From positions 8,468 through 72,467 of the forward strand of contig CAYJVR010000008.1 in the NCBI GenBank assembly GCA_964373715.1: a stretch of 64,000 bases of DNA, given 5' to 3'. The position numbers were made by a program, and so were the translations under genes. The DNA comes from an uncultured Planctomycetia bacterium (lineage in GTDB: Bacteria > Omnitrophota > Gorgyraeia > 1-14-0-20-64-10). This document shows positions 10,216 to 19,244 of this stretch, in pieces. Position 1 is the stretch's first letter; each line of letters starts with the position of its first letter. The notes beneath the pieces were generated by a model, which did no database searches, was not told where the DNA came from, and was given only the letters and a program-made list of their open reading frames with translations.

Positions 10216-10509
10216 TCAAGCGGCGACAAACGGCACAAGGGCAAGCACCCTAGCCCGCTTAACGGACCTAGACAGCTGACGCTGATGCTGCGAGCAGGTA
10301 CCGGAGACACGGCGGGGAAGAATCTTCCCCCTTTCGGAAGTGAACTTGGCTATCCGAGCTGTATCCCGGTAATCAATCTTCTCCAACCGGTCCAGACAGA
10401 ATTTACAGACCTTCCGGCGCAAAGGCTTCCGATCCTTGTCCTTGTCCTTTCCCTTAGCGGCATCACGCCCGCTATCCTTCGTGCGACCACGACTCATCAT
10501 TCTTGCCAT
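10216..10509 (-). CDS. rpsR: 30S ribosomal protein S18
   Basis: 97 aa. Contains the S18 signature [38 protein letters not shown]. Confidence 0.9.
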   Translation of the reverse strand: MARMMSRGRTKDSGRDAAKGKDKDKDRKPLRRKVCKFCLDRLEKIDYRDTARIAKFTSERGKILPRRVSGTCSQHQRQLSRSVKRARVLALVPFVAA

Positions 10510-10994
10510 TAAAAAGGAGCCTCCCCTCCGTCAGTCTCCGGAGGAAGATCGGGGATATCCGCCGTGCCGGGAGCCTCCGCTGGGGCCACAGCGGTCTCCC
10601 GCACATCCCCCGGCGATTCCTCCCCCGCAAGCCCACCCGCTTCTCTCGGGACTTTGCCCAAGAACTGAATGTTTTGTATGACTACTTCTATTATTGACCG
10701 CTTCTGGCCGTCCGGTGTTTCCCAGCTTCGGCTCTGCAAACGGCCTTCGACAAATACCGGCGACCCCTTTGAAAGATATTCGCCGCACAGTTCAGCTTGC
10801 CGCGCCCACGCCACACACCGGACGAAACAGGTTTCTTCCCTCTTCTCACCCGAAGCCATGGTGTAAGCACGGCCGGTAGCCACGGTAAACGTCGCGACAG
10901 CAGTACCGCTGGGTATATACCGAAGCTCAGGATCACGAGTCAAATTGCCTATGAGGAACACTTTGTTCAAATTCGCCATACGAGCACCCTCCAA
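10509..10994 (-). CDS. ssb: Single-stranded DNA-binding protein
   Basis: An OB-fold N-terminus ([19 protein letters not shown]) and an acidic, Pro/Gly-rich C-terminal tail ending in F. Confidence 0.9.
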   Translation of the reverse strand: MEGARMANLNKVFLIGNLTRDPELRYIPSGTAVATFTVATGRAYTMASGEKREETCFVRCVAWARQAELCGEYLSKGSPVFVEGRLQSRSWETPDGQKRSIIEVVIQNIQFLGKVPREAGGLAGEESPGDVRETAVAPAEAPGTADIPDLPPETDGGEAPF

Positions 10995-11029
10995 AAAAGA
11001 CTGCCTTTAAGCCGGGGACACGCCCATCC

Positions 11030-11422
11030 CTAACTGATTTTAGCCGTCTCCGATCCCGTCATCTCCGCTTTTGGAACGACACCCTCGGAAGGGGGACCGC
11101 TGGCCGTTACCGGGAGAGAAAACCCGGAATCTCTTGTCAACATGAAGCGAAGGCAGGAATCCAGCGCTTTGGCGGCCTTTTCAATGCCGGTAGCCTGCAA
11201 AGGCGACACCTCAATGCGTATCTGAAGATAAACCCCTTCGCTCCGCTTGCCGATCATGTAACCAAGCTTTTTCTTCCCTAAAACGGTTACGCCAAGGACA
11301 CGCCCCTGGTGGCGAGTCACAACTTCAGAAAACTGAGATCGCAGCTTATTGAGCTGCTCCTCGTTTAACTCCGGACTCGCTATCAAAATCGCTTCATATT
11401 TACGCTCGAGAGCTCTCATCAC
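11030..11422 (-). CDS. rpsF: 30S ribosomal protein S6
   Basis: 130 aa. YEAILIASPELNEEQL...GVYLQIRIE pattern, followed by a C-terminal extension. Confidence 0.85.
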   Translation of the reverse strand: MMRALERKYEAILIASPELNEEQLNKLRSQFSEVVTRHQGRVLGVTVLGKKKLGYMIGKRSEGVYLQIRIEVSPLQATGIEKAAKALDSCLRFMLTRDSGFSLPVTASGPPSEGVVPKAEMTGSETAKIS

Positions 11423-11433
11423 CTTTACTCCGT

Positions 11434-12000
11434 CTAAATCCGCGACCCCTTCTTATTGAAGAGATTCATCGCCGTTTGCAAACCTTTTTCGACCCAAACC
11501 TCACACGCTTTTTCCGCCGACGCGAGGCCTTCCTCCAAAAGTTTCTTTTCAGACGGTCGAAACCGCCCTAAAACAAACTCGACCAAATCCCCTTTGGTTT
11601 CGGAAGATTCTATTCCGACTCTCAACCGGGGAATCGCCTTCGTTCCGGTTGCCTCCACGATGGAGGCCAGCCCGTTATGGCCTCCATCCGACCCCTGCCC
11701 CCGCAAGCGAACCGTCCCCAGGGGCAGCGCTACATCGTCGCAAACAACGAGCAGATCAGAGAAACCGATCTTCCAGTACCCTAAAAAGCGTTTTACCGCC
11801 TCACCGGAACTGTTCATCATTGTTTGCGGCAACGCCAACGCCACAGGCTCTCCGGAAAACTCACCTTGGGAAACAACCGACCTGCACAACATCTTGCCGG
11901 GACGGAAAGACCACCTGTCCGCTAAACGGCTGACCACCATGAACCCCGCATTATGCCGCGTGCCGGCGTAATGAACTCCGGGGTTGCCCAAACCGACGAT
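11434..12000 (-). CDS. pth: Peptidyl-tRNA hydrolase
   Basis: Core VKVIVGLGNPGVHYAGTRHNAGF. The true start is probably the GTG near 12000. The longer ATG-initiated ORF overlaps the L25 3' end in another frame. Confidence 0.8.
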   Translation of the reverse strand: MVGLGNPGVHYAGTRHNAGFMVVSRLADRWSFRPGKMLCRSVVSQGEFSGEPVALALPQTMMNSSGEAVKRFLGYWKIGFSDLLVVCDDVALPLGTVRLRGQGSDGGHNGLASIVEATGTKAIPRLRVGIESSETKGDLVEFVLGRFRPSEKKLLEEGLASAEKACEVWVEKGLQTAMNLFNKKGSRI

Positions 12001-12010
12001 GACCTTCACA

Positions 12011-12748
12011 CTACTTCTTCTTCTCGTCCTTCGGCTTCGCTTCGCCCTTAGCCGCCTTGCCTTCGCCCTCCCCGGCCTCCGCTTCTTCCGGCTTCTTCTG
12101 CTTGATGACTTCCGGCTCCGTCGCCTCGGCGCCAGCTTCCGCCGGTGTCGGCGCAACCTCCTCCTTCGGAATAACGCAGGTGATCACCGGCAGCTCGGGA
12201 TCGATTATCACCTTGACCCCCTGAGGAAGGTTTAAATCCTTGACGTGGATCACCTTGCCCACCTCGAGACCCGAGATATCCACCGGGATCTCCGGCGGAA
12301 TATCGGTCGGCAAACAGGACACTTCCACATCCCAGCGCAGGTGTTCAAGAACGCCGCCGCCCTGCTTAACGCCGACCGAATCTCCCTTAAAAGCAAGAGG
12401 AACAGTCACCGTAATCTGTTTGGTCAACGACACCTGGTGGAAATCCACATGGATAATGCGGTGCGTCACCGGATTATGCTGAAGTTCCTTGATAACAACA
12501 AGGCTCTCCGGCTGTTTGGAACTGTCCGTCAAACGCAACGTGATCAAAGCGTTCTCTCCCGCCTTGGTCTGAAGCACTCCTTTTAAGTCCTTCGCGATCA
12601 CCTGAATCGCCTGCGACGGCTTCCCCTCGCCGTACAACACGGCGGGAATCGCCCCCGTCCTACGAACCTCACTTGACGCCGAAGAGCCGGTGCTGTTTCT
12701 CACAACCGCTTCCAAAACAATCTTTTCAGTTTGCTGTGCCATGGTCAA
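12011..12748 (-). CDS. rplY: 50S ribosomal protein L25 / general stress protein Ctc, with a Lys/Glu-rich tail
   Basis: 245 aa. The N-terminal bL25 fold runs to ...RRTGAIPAVLYGEGK. The long acidic/basic C-terminal tail is typical of Ctc forms. Confidence 0.85.
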   Translation of the reverse strand: MTMAQQTEKIVLEAVVRNSTGSSASSEVRRTGAIPAVLYGEGKPSQAIQVIAKDLKGVLQTKAGENALITLRLTDSSKQPESLVVIKELQHNPVTHRIIHVDFHQVSLTKQITVTVPLAFKGDSVGVKQGGGVLEHLRWDVEVSCLPTDIPPEIPVDISGLEVGKVIHVKDLNLPQGVKVIIDPELPVITCVIPKEEVAPTPAEAGAEATEPEVIKQKKPEEAEAGEGEGKAAKGEAKPKDEKKK

Positions 12749-12769
12749 CCCATCGTTCCTGCTGGTTAA

Positions 12770-13810
12770 TTATCGGCTCCTGGCCGGCTGCTTATGCCCG
12801 CCGGCAGCAGCCCGCTGAGCCCCTCTGTTATCTTCCTTCTTCAAGCTTTCATCCCAATGCTCATGGAAAAGACCGCTGATCGATTCCTCGCGGTGAATCT
12901 GCCGGATCGCTTCCGCGAAAAGCGGCGCCACGGAAAGAACCTTGATTTTGTCCAACTTGCGCTCCTTAGGAATAGGAATCGAATCAGTCACGACCATCTC
13001 CTTCAGGGGTGAAGAAGCCAAACGCTCCGGAGCGGGCCCCGAGAGTACCGGATGGCTGATCGCGGCGTACACATCACAGGCACCTGCTTCCTTCAAAGCG
13101 CGCACCGCCTGGACAAGCGACCCGGCCGTGGAAACCAAGTCGTCCACAATCAGGACATTCTTCTTCTTTACCTCCCCCATGATATCTAAAACTTCGGTAT
13201 CCTCGGAATTAATTCTTCGCTTATCCACCATCGCCAGATCCGCTTTCAGCCTTTTCGCGTAAGCCCTGGCCATCTTAATACCGCCGACATCGGGAGAAAC
13301 AACCACCAGATCCGGAATAACCCTCTTGCGGGTAAAGTAATCAACGAACGTGTTGACCGCGAAAAGGTGGTCCAACGGGATGTCAAAGAATCCCTGGATC
13401 TGTCCCGCGTGAAGATCCATCGTCAGAACTCGGTCCGCACCGGCAACGGTAATCAGGTTCGCCACCAACTTCGCCGTGATCGGAACTCTCGGCTGATCTT
13501 TCCTGTCTTGGCGGGCATACCCATAATAGGGTAAAACTGCGGTGATCCGGCGGGCCGATGCTCTTTTCAACGCGTCGATGATGATCAGAAGCTCCATCAA
13601 GTGGTCGTTCACCGGCGGACAGGTCGGCTGAATCACAAAAACGTCTTTGCCCCGCACATTCTGATTGATTTTGACCCGGATTTCTCCTTCGCTGAATTTC
13701 CCCACCAGCGCGTCGGCTAGAGAAACTTCCAGAGCATCGGCCACCTTGGCGGAAAATCCGGGGTTCGCATTCCCTGAAATAACGATGGGCTGTCCGACTT
13801 TAACGTTCAT
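12770..13810 (-). CDS. prs: Ribose-phosphate pyrophosphokinase
   Basis: 346 aa. PRPP synthetase motifs (YGYARQDRK, DLHAGQIQGFF, the VVVSPDVGG PRPP-binding loop), with about a 30-aa C-terminal extension. Confidence 0.9.
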   Translation of the reverse strand: MNVKVGQPIVISGNANPGFSAKVADALEVSLADALVGKFSEGEIRVKINQNVRGKDVFVIQPTCPPVNDHLMELLIIIDALKRASARRITAVLPYYGYARQDRKDQPRVPITAKLVANLITVAGADRVLTMDLHAGQIQGFFDIPLDHLFAVNTFVDYFTRKRVIPDLVVVSPDVGGIKMARAYAKRLKADLAMVDKRRINSEDTEVLDIMGEVKKKNVLIVDDLVSTAGSLVQAVRALKEAGACDVYAAISHPVLSGPAPERLASSPLKEMVVTDSIPIPKERKLDKIKVLSVAPLFAEAIRQIHREESISGLFHEHWDESLKKEDNRGAQRAAAGGHKQPARSR

Positions 13811-15024
13811 GTATTGTTCCCAACCCTTGATCCGGCCCGAATAACCCGGCCGGGTTTAATGAAAGCCGGCCCGAGAAAAAGGGAGCCTCCCTCCACTCGC
13901 GCACGGTCGCCGATCCGGATTCTTCCGCTGCCGCGGCCATTATGGCCGGCTGGCATGACCGTAACCGTTCCGGCGCCAATCAACACATCCCTGCCGATCT
14001 GCACGTTGTGAATAAAGCTGTGCTGGAGAATCTTACTGTTTTCCCCAACCCTGGAATCCGACAGCTCAACAAAGTTGCCCACCAAAACCCCATCGCCGAG
14101 AACAGAACCTCCCCCAACCCTGCAAAACGGGCCCAACTGGCACCGCCGGCCCACTTTCACCCCTTTTTCTATCACGGTATGAGGGTACACAACCGTATCC
14201 TGTCCGATTGAAGCGGAACCATCAATATAAGTGGTGTAAGGATCCACGATCGTCACACCCGCCAGCATGAACTTCTCCAGTATCCGGCTGCGCATGATCG
14301 TCTGGACGCGGGCTAAATCGGCCCTCGTATTAATCCCCATGAATTCCCCTACCGAACGGGTGGTGGCGGACGTCAGAGAAAAACCATTTTTTACCAAATA
14401 AGAAACCGTATCTGTCAGATAATATTCACCGTTCGGAGCCAGCTTAATCTGTTTTAACGCGCCGCGGAGGACCTTCGCGTCGAAACAATAGGCCCCGACG
14501 TTAATTTCCTCTATTGCCCTCTCTGCCTGGGTGGCGTCCACATCCTCCACGATGCGAACGATTTTGCCCGTCTGGTCCCGGACAATCCTCCCGTATCCGA
14601 CCGGATCCTTCAACTGCGCGGTCAACAGGGTACAAGCGGCCCGCTCACGCCGATGCGTCTGGATAAGCCCCTGAACGGTCTGCGGAGTCAGCAACGGGGT
14701 ATCCCCATAGAGGATCACGATGTTGCCGCTGAAATTTTTGAGTTTTGGCAGCGCCCGCATCACGGCATGCGCCGTCCCCTTCAATTCACGCTGGACAACA
14801 GTATTTACCTGGGAATCAAGCTGCTTCTTGACCATATCGGAATGGTAGCCGATGACGACAACAATACGCCGGATACCGGCCTTCCTTACGGCATCCAGCA
14901 CATGGTGGATGAGGGGCTTGCCGTAAAGGGCATGGATAACTTTCGGAATCTGAGAAAGCATCCTCGTACCATCGCCGGCAGCAAGCACGATAGCGGCGAG
15001 AGAATAGGACGACCGCCTGGCCAT
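13807..15024 (-). CDS. glmU: Bifunctional GlcNAc-1-P uridyltransferase / GlcN-1-P acetyltransferase
   Basis: 405 aa. N-terminal LAAGDGTRMLSQIPKV nucleotidyltransferase motif and C-terminal hexapeptide beta-helix repeats. Confidence 0.85.
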   Translation of the reverse strand: MARRSSYSLAAIVLAAGDGTRMLSQIPKVIHALYGKPLIHHVLDAVRKAGIRRIVVVIGYHSDMVKKQLDSQVNTVVQRELKGTAHAVMRALPKLKNFSGNIVILYGDTPLLTPQTVQGLIQTHRRERAACTLLTAQLKDPVGYGRIVRDQTGKIVRIVEDVDATQAERAIEEINVGAYCFDAKVLRGALKQIKLAPNGEYYLTDTVSYLVKNGFSLTSATTRSVGEFMGINTRADLARVQTIMRSRILEKFMLAGVTIVDPYTTYIDGSASIGQDTVVYPHTVIEKGVKVGRRCQLGPFCRVGGGSVLGDGVLVGNFVELSDSRVGENSKILQHSFIHNVQIGRDVLIGAGTVTVMPAGHNGRGSGRIRIGDRARVEGGSLFLGPAFIKPGRVIRAGSRVGNNT

Positions 15025-15042
15025 TATTCTGAAATCTCCCTT

Positions 15043-16302
15043 TTAGGCGACAGCCTTTTTCCCGTCGCGGTAAATCAGTACGGGAGTGGTGCGCTGCGTG
15101 ATCGATTCTTCGGTCACGATGCACTCGACAACATCTTTCTGACCAGGGAGATCAAACATGACTTCCAACATGACCTCTTCCATAATCGAACGGATCGCCC
15201 GGGCCCCGGTCTCCTTCGATACGGCCTCGTGCGCGATGGCTTCCAGAGCGCCCGGCTCAATGGTGAGTTTCACATTCTCCAGTTCAAAGAACTTTATGTA
15301 TTGGCGAACGATGGCGTTCTTAGGCTTCGTCATCACATCAATTAATTCGGATTTACCGAGCGGGTGAAACGAGGCGGTCACCGGGAAACGGCCGACAAAC
15401 TCGGGAATCATGCCGTACCGGATCAAATCGCTTCCCTCAACCTGCGCCAAAAGATCGCTGAATTCCATATCCTGCGCCATCGGCCCAGAAACCCCTTCGA
15501 AACCGATCACCTTGCGTCCCAAACGGCGGCTGATCAGCTGGTCTATGCCGACAAAAGTTCCCCCGCAGACAAAGAGGATATTCGTCGTGTCCATCTGAAT
15601 GTATTCCGCCTGGGGATGCTTGCGGCCGCCCTGCGGGGGGACGTTTGCCACCGTCCCTTCCACAATCTTCAAGAGCGCCTGCTGAACTCCCTCCCCCGAC
15701 ACATCCCGGGTGATTGAAACGTTGTCCTGTGTCTTCCCGATTTTATCAATCTCATCAATGTAGACAATGCCGGTCTGCGCCCGTTTGACGTCAAAATTGC
15801 AGTTCTGCAACAGCCTTAAGAGGACATTTTCGACATCCTCGCCCACATACCCGGCCTCCGTCAGAGGAGTGGCATCGCACAACGCAAAGGGAACATCCAG
15901 GATTTTAGCCAGCGTCCGGGCCATCAGGGTCTTACCGGAACCGGTCGGCCCAAGGAAAAGGATGTTGGATTTTTCCAATTCAACATCGTTGACCATCGGT
16001 GCGGCCCAAATTCTTTTGTAATGGTTATACACAGCCACCGCCACTTGGCGTTTGGCCCGCTCCTGACCGATGATATGCTGGTCCAGCTGATGCTTAATTT
16101 CGGTGGGGGTCGGCAGTTCTTTGATGCTTGGGGTCTTTTTCGGTGTTTTTGTCAGGTCCTCCTCTTTCGAAAGGATCTGGCTGCAAAGCTTCACGCATAA
16201 ATCGCATATGTAGACCCCGCTGGGCCCGCTGAAAAGCTTATGGATCCGCTCCCTGCCCCTTCCGCAAAACGAACACCGCTCCCGAATTGAGGTCATTTCC
16301 AA
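15043..16302 (-). CDS. clpX: ATP-dependent Clp protease ATP-binding subunit ClpX
   Basis: 419 aa. N-terminal C4 zinc finger (CSFCG...CDLCV), a Walker A motif GPTGSGKT, and the [10 protein letters not shown] pore loop. Confidence 0.9.
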   Translation of the reverse strand: MEMTSIRERCSFCGRGRERIHKLFSGPSGVYICDLCVKLCSQILSKEEDLTKTPKKTPSIKELPTPTEIKHQLDQHIIGQERAKRQVAVAVYNHYKRIWAAPMVNDVELEKSNILFLGPTGSGKTLMARTLAKILDVPFALCDATPLTEAGYVGEDVENVLLRLLQNCNFDVKRAQTGIVYIDEIDKIGKTQDNVSITRDVSGEGVQQALLKIVEGTVANVPPQGGRKHPQAEYIQMDTTNILFVCGGTFVGIDQLISRRLGRKVIGFEGVSGPMAQDMEFSDLLAQVEGSDLIRYGMIPEFVGRFPVTASFHPLGKSELIDVMTKPKNAIVRQYIKFFELENVKLTIEPGALEAIAHEAVSKETGARAIRSIMEEVMLEVMFDLPGQKDVVECIVTEESITQRTTPVLIYRDGKKAVA

Positions 16303-16326
16303 AAACCTTTCCTTGGTTTGTCCGCT

Positions 16327-16362
16327 TTATTTTGCCCCGCCTGACTGCGAACCAGTCGTCCC
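16327..16362 (-). pseudogene. Degenerate copy of a tRNA 3' half (T-arm plus acceptor)
   Basis: About 25 of 30 nt match the 3' end of the neighbouring tRNA-Gln, including the blocks ttttgccccgcctg and cgaaccag. No complementary 5' acceptor strand or anticodon arm could be folded. Confidence 0.35.
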
Positions 16363-16373
16363 TGCGGGACTCC

Positions 16374-16400
16374 CTGAAGGGAACTCAAGGTTCCCTTCAG
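16374..16400 (-). promoter_or_regulatory. Perfect 11-bp inverted repeat (a stem-loop) in the clpX upstream leader
   Basis: ctgaagggaac-tcaag-gttcccttcag, read directly from the sequence. Confidence 0.3.
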
Positions 16401-16404
16401 TTCT

Positions 16405-16441
16405 ACCCTCCTAGAAGAGACGGGGGACAACCTCCCCCGTC
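16405..16441 (-). terminator. Putative intrinsic terminator downstream of tRNA-Gln
   Basis: A 9-bp GC-rich perfect hairpin (GACGGGGGA-loop-TCCCCCGTC). On the minus strand it is followed by UCUCUUCU. Confidence 0.35.
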
Positions 16442-16497
16442 CACCCCCTTTGGTTCTTCGCCCAGGCGAAACCACGAATAAGCTTTTCACCGATATT

Positions 16498-16568
16498 TTG
16501 CCCCGCCTGGGCTCGAACCAGGATAGCCAGACCCAAAATCTGGTGTCCTACCATTGGACGACAGGGCA
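16498..16568 (-). tRNA. tRNA-Gln (anticodon UUG)
   Basis: Manual cloverleaf fold. Acceptor stem TGCCCTG/CGGGGCA (U1:A72, as in known tRNA-Gln). D-arm GTCC-AATGGTA-GGAC. Anticodon arm CCAGA-TTTTGGG-TCTGG with TTG at positions 34-36. T-arm CCTGG-TTCGAGC-CCAGG. No encoded CCA. Confidence 0.75.
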
Positions 16569-16609
16569 GCGCGAGTGACAAACAGATGAACCGCCGCATG
16601 CGAGAAAGC

Positions 16610-17005
16610 CTACTGCCCGGGTTGAGCCTTGGCCGACTCGTATGCTTCGAGGACTTTCCGCTGAATGTACTCCCGGCATTCCATGGTGATCGGATGGGCG
16701 ATGTCCCTGTGCTCCGCCTGCCTTTCCTCAGGGGAATCCCCTCCCCTCTCCTCGTGGTGCCCCGCCTGGCTCAAAGTCCCCCCGCACTGGTTGCAGAAAC
16801 GGCTGCGAACCACGTTGCGGAAACCGCACTTCGAACACGCCTCCTTGATCCTTTCGGAAGGCATCGCCACGAAGAGCCCCTTCGTACCTTCAATCACCTT
16901 GACGTTTCTTACGACAAACGCCTGGTCAAATGTGATCGTCACATACGCCTTCAGTTTATTATCACCTTTAGGCTGAAGGAAAACACGCGCATCGGTGATT
17001 TCCAT
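16610..17005 (-). CDS. spoVG: SpoVG family nucleic-acid-binding protein with an internal zinc-ribbon insertion
   Basis: The flanking segments MEITDARVFL...FVVRNVKVIEGTKGLFVAMPSERI and RDIAHPIT are SpoVG-like. Between them lies an insertion of about 45 aa that carries a CSKCG-x12-CNQCGG motif. Confidence 0.8.
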   Translation of the reverse strand: MEITDARVFLQPKGDNKLKAYVTITFDQAFVVRNVKVIEGTKGLFVAMPSERIKEACSKCGFRNVVRSRFCNQCGGTLSQAGHHEERGGDSPEERQAEHRDIAHPITMECREYIQRKVLEAYESAKAQPGQ

Positions 17006-17008
17006 CGG

Positions 17009-17917
17009 TCAACACCTCGTTGACACAACAAACACTTGCCAGTCGGGCGCTGCGCGGCGCAAAAGAACAGCCGCCCTCTCCGACTCCTCCCGGGAGATAC
17101 ACAAAGCCATCACCGTAGAACCACTTCCGGACACCAAGGGACGGGGAATCCCCGCTTTTAATTGGATGGTATCCTTCACATTGCGGAGGGCCGGATACAA
17201 GGCCTCCACGGTAGGCTCAAGTGCATTGAAGAGAAAGTCGCGGATTTTGAGCACCTGTTGATCATTTCTTAAGGCGTCGAGAAGCAGTTTAACATGAGGG
17301 CTCTGGTCTGTCAAGCCCGCCCGCGTCGTGGACGGCCCCGCCTGCCTCACGGGCACGTTTAAAGCCTGGTAAACGTTTCTGGTGGGTATGGGAAATTCAG
17401 GATATACCAATAAATGCCACAACCGCGCCTGCATAAGAAGGGGCTGTATCCTGTCCCCCCGGTCCGTTCCCAGAGCCCATGGAACCTGAGATAGGAAAAA
17501 AGCCACATCCGCTCCGAGCTTCCTGGCAATATCCACCAACCGGCCATGAGGAAGACTCCCCCCCGAAAGGATCTGCAGCCCCCGGAGCGTGGTTGCCGCA
17601 TCAGAGGAGCCCCCTCCCAGTCCGGCAGCAATCGGGATCCTCTTTTTAAGCGTTATCTTCAAACCATCGGACCATCCGGAAACCTCACGATAGCTCCGGG
17701 CGGCCTGCACGACAAGATTTGAATCATCCAGAGGAACCCCCGGGTGATCGCAGACAAGCTCGATTCCGCCGCCCGGTATAATTTCGAGAGTCAATTCATC
17801 GGCCAAATCAACACGCTCGAAAAGGGTGACCAATTCATGATAGCCGTCCGGAAACTTGCCGAGAACATCCAGAAACAAGTTCACTTTGGCGTAAGCGGGA
17901 AGCACCACGCGGGTCAT
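17009..17917 (-). CDS. ispE: 4-diphosphocytidyl-2-C-methyl-D-erythritol kinase
   Basis: 302 aa. GHMP kinase motifs (AYAKVNLFLDV, PIAAGLGGGSSDAA). Confidence 0.85.
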   Translation of the reverse strand: MTRVVLPAYAKVNLFLDVLGKFPDGYHELVTLFERVDLADELTLEIIPGGGIELVCDHPGVPLDDSNLVVQAARSYREVSGWSDGLKITLKKRIPIAAGLGGGSSDAATTLRGLQILSGGSLPHGRLVDIARKLGADVAFFLSQVPWALGTDRGDRIQPLLMQARLWHLLVYPEFPIPTRNVYQALNVPVRQAGPSTTRAGLTDQSPHVKLLLDALRNDQQVLKIRDFLFNALEPTVEALYPALRNVKDTIQLKAGIPRPLVSGSGSTVMALCISREESERAAVLLRRAAPDWQVFVVSTRC

Positions 17918-17927
17918 CGTCGGAAAC

Positions 17928-19205
17928 TCACGGCAGGTTTTTCAATTCCGGCGCATTGCTGTTCCGGTAAAGCGGCAGCTCTTTGGAGGAAACCGACCAA
18001 CGGTTCCCATCCATCGCATCAGTCACATTGAGCCTGTCAAAATCCCGAAACTGGTAGCTGTTGAGCACATACGCCGAGGTCTCCACGAAAACCTGAGCCA
18101 CATCCCTATCGGTGGCCGGCTGCGGAGACTTGGCCTTCTTTTTGGCAGGTTCCTGCTCGTTTAAAGGACGGAATTCAGAAAGAACCCGTTTTGTGATCTG
18201 CTCGGAGAGAAATCCCGGCATATTAATCGGTTCCAGGAAAAACAGATTTTTCCAGTTTTCAGGAGAGCCGAATAAAGCGTATTCAGCGGGTAACTCTTCC
18301 GTTTCAAAACGCTCGATATTGGCCAAATACCCTCTTCCCTCCCGGATCTGCACGGTAAACAGAAGGGCCCCGGGGAGATTCACCGGGCTCAGGAGGATAT
18401 AAACAAGGACCCGGTCCCGTTGGACCTGCCGGCTGGGCCACTCCGCACTGAAAAGAGACCCCTGCCGACCCTGCAAATCAACGGTAAGCTGAAGGATCTT
18501 CGGCGAAAGATCACTGAACCGGGTGGAATGGTCCGCATAGCGGCTTAAAAGCTGGAGGATCGTCCCCTGAGAGAGGTCCTCGATAAACTCACGGACCGTC
18601 TGGTGAGCGACCTCCTCTGGAGGGTGACGCAAACTAACGCGGCTTCGGCGCTGAAGCTCCCCTCGGGAAATTATCCAATACTGGACCTGCTTCAAATCCC
18701 CCAGATGGCCGGAGTAGACGATATCGAGATGGGCCAGAGGATCCCTCGCGACTAAAATATAGAATTCCAGCCGGGCATTAGTGGAAAGGGATACGCGGTT
18801 CAGACAGAGAGAAACATGGTCCAGGGTTTCCAGCGGAATGGCTTTTTTCTCCCGACGGGGAGGCCTCTCCTCTTTCCGGAGATCGGCGTTCTTGTCCACG
18901 CGGACAAAAGAACCGCGGCTTAAAAACTGGAAATCAAACCGCTTATTCTGATAAACCCCCTCCATTAAAAGAGGGGGGGGCGGATCCATCGGGCCCGAAC
19001 TGACCTGCTTCATCAGCTCGGCAATCAAACCGGGGATCTCCACAAAAACGCCTATGGTTGTGCCGGCCACACCAGCCATCACCTCCACGCCGTATTCCTT
19101 CTTGCAGAGACCGACCAGCGACTCGGCAAGCCTGTCCTTCGGGTAACTAGGCCCGCACGAACAGAGCGTGAACAGCAAAAGGAAAACGGCCGTCAATCGT
19201 TTCAT
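17928..19205 (-). CDS. Hypothetical secreted protein or lipoprotein
   Basis: 425 aa. Signal peptide with Cys residues (LFTLCSCG). No recognisable domain. Confidence 0.45.
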   Translation of the reverse strand: MKRLTAVFLLLFTLCSCGPSYPKDRLAESLVGLCKKEYGVEVMAGVAGTTIGVFVEIPGLIAELMKQVSSGPMDPPPPLLMEGVYQNKRFDFQFLSRGSFVRVDKNADLRKEERPPRREKKAIPLETLDHVSLCLNRVSLSTNARLEFYILVARDPLAHLDIVYSGHLGDLKQVQYWIISRGELQRRSRVSLRHPPEEVAHQTVREFIEDLSQGTILQLLSRYADHSTRFSDLSPKILQLTVDLQGRQGSLFSAEWPSRQVQRDRVLVYILLSPVNLPGALLFTVQIREGRGYLANIERFETEELPAEYALFGSPENWKNLFFLEPINMPGFLSEQITKRVLSEFRPLNEQEPAKKKAKSPQPATDRDVAQVFVETSAYVLNSYQFRDFDRLNVTDAMDGNRWSVSSKELPLYRNSNAPELKNLP

Positions 19206-19244
19206 TCAAGCGCACCGGCGGTGTTCATCTCTTCAAAATGAATC

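Noticed and set aside
12001..12156. Arg-rich 50-aa N-terminal extension on peptidyl-tRNA hydrolase
   Set aside because: The extension is an alternative frame of the Lys/Glu-rich tail of L25 on the same strand. The conserved Pth core begins at VKVIVGLGNPG with a GTG near 12000.
16327..16441. Complete second tRNA, tRNA-Sec or tmRNA tRNA-like domain upstream of clpX
   Set aside because: No 5' acceptor strand complementary to CGGGGCA lies within 110 nt. The T-loop is non-canonical (5-nt loop or TTCGCAG). No anticodon arm could be folded. It was retained only as a tRNA 3'-half remnant.
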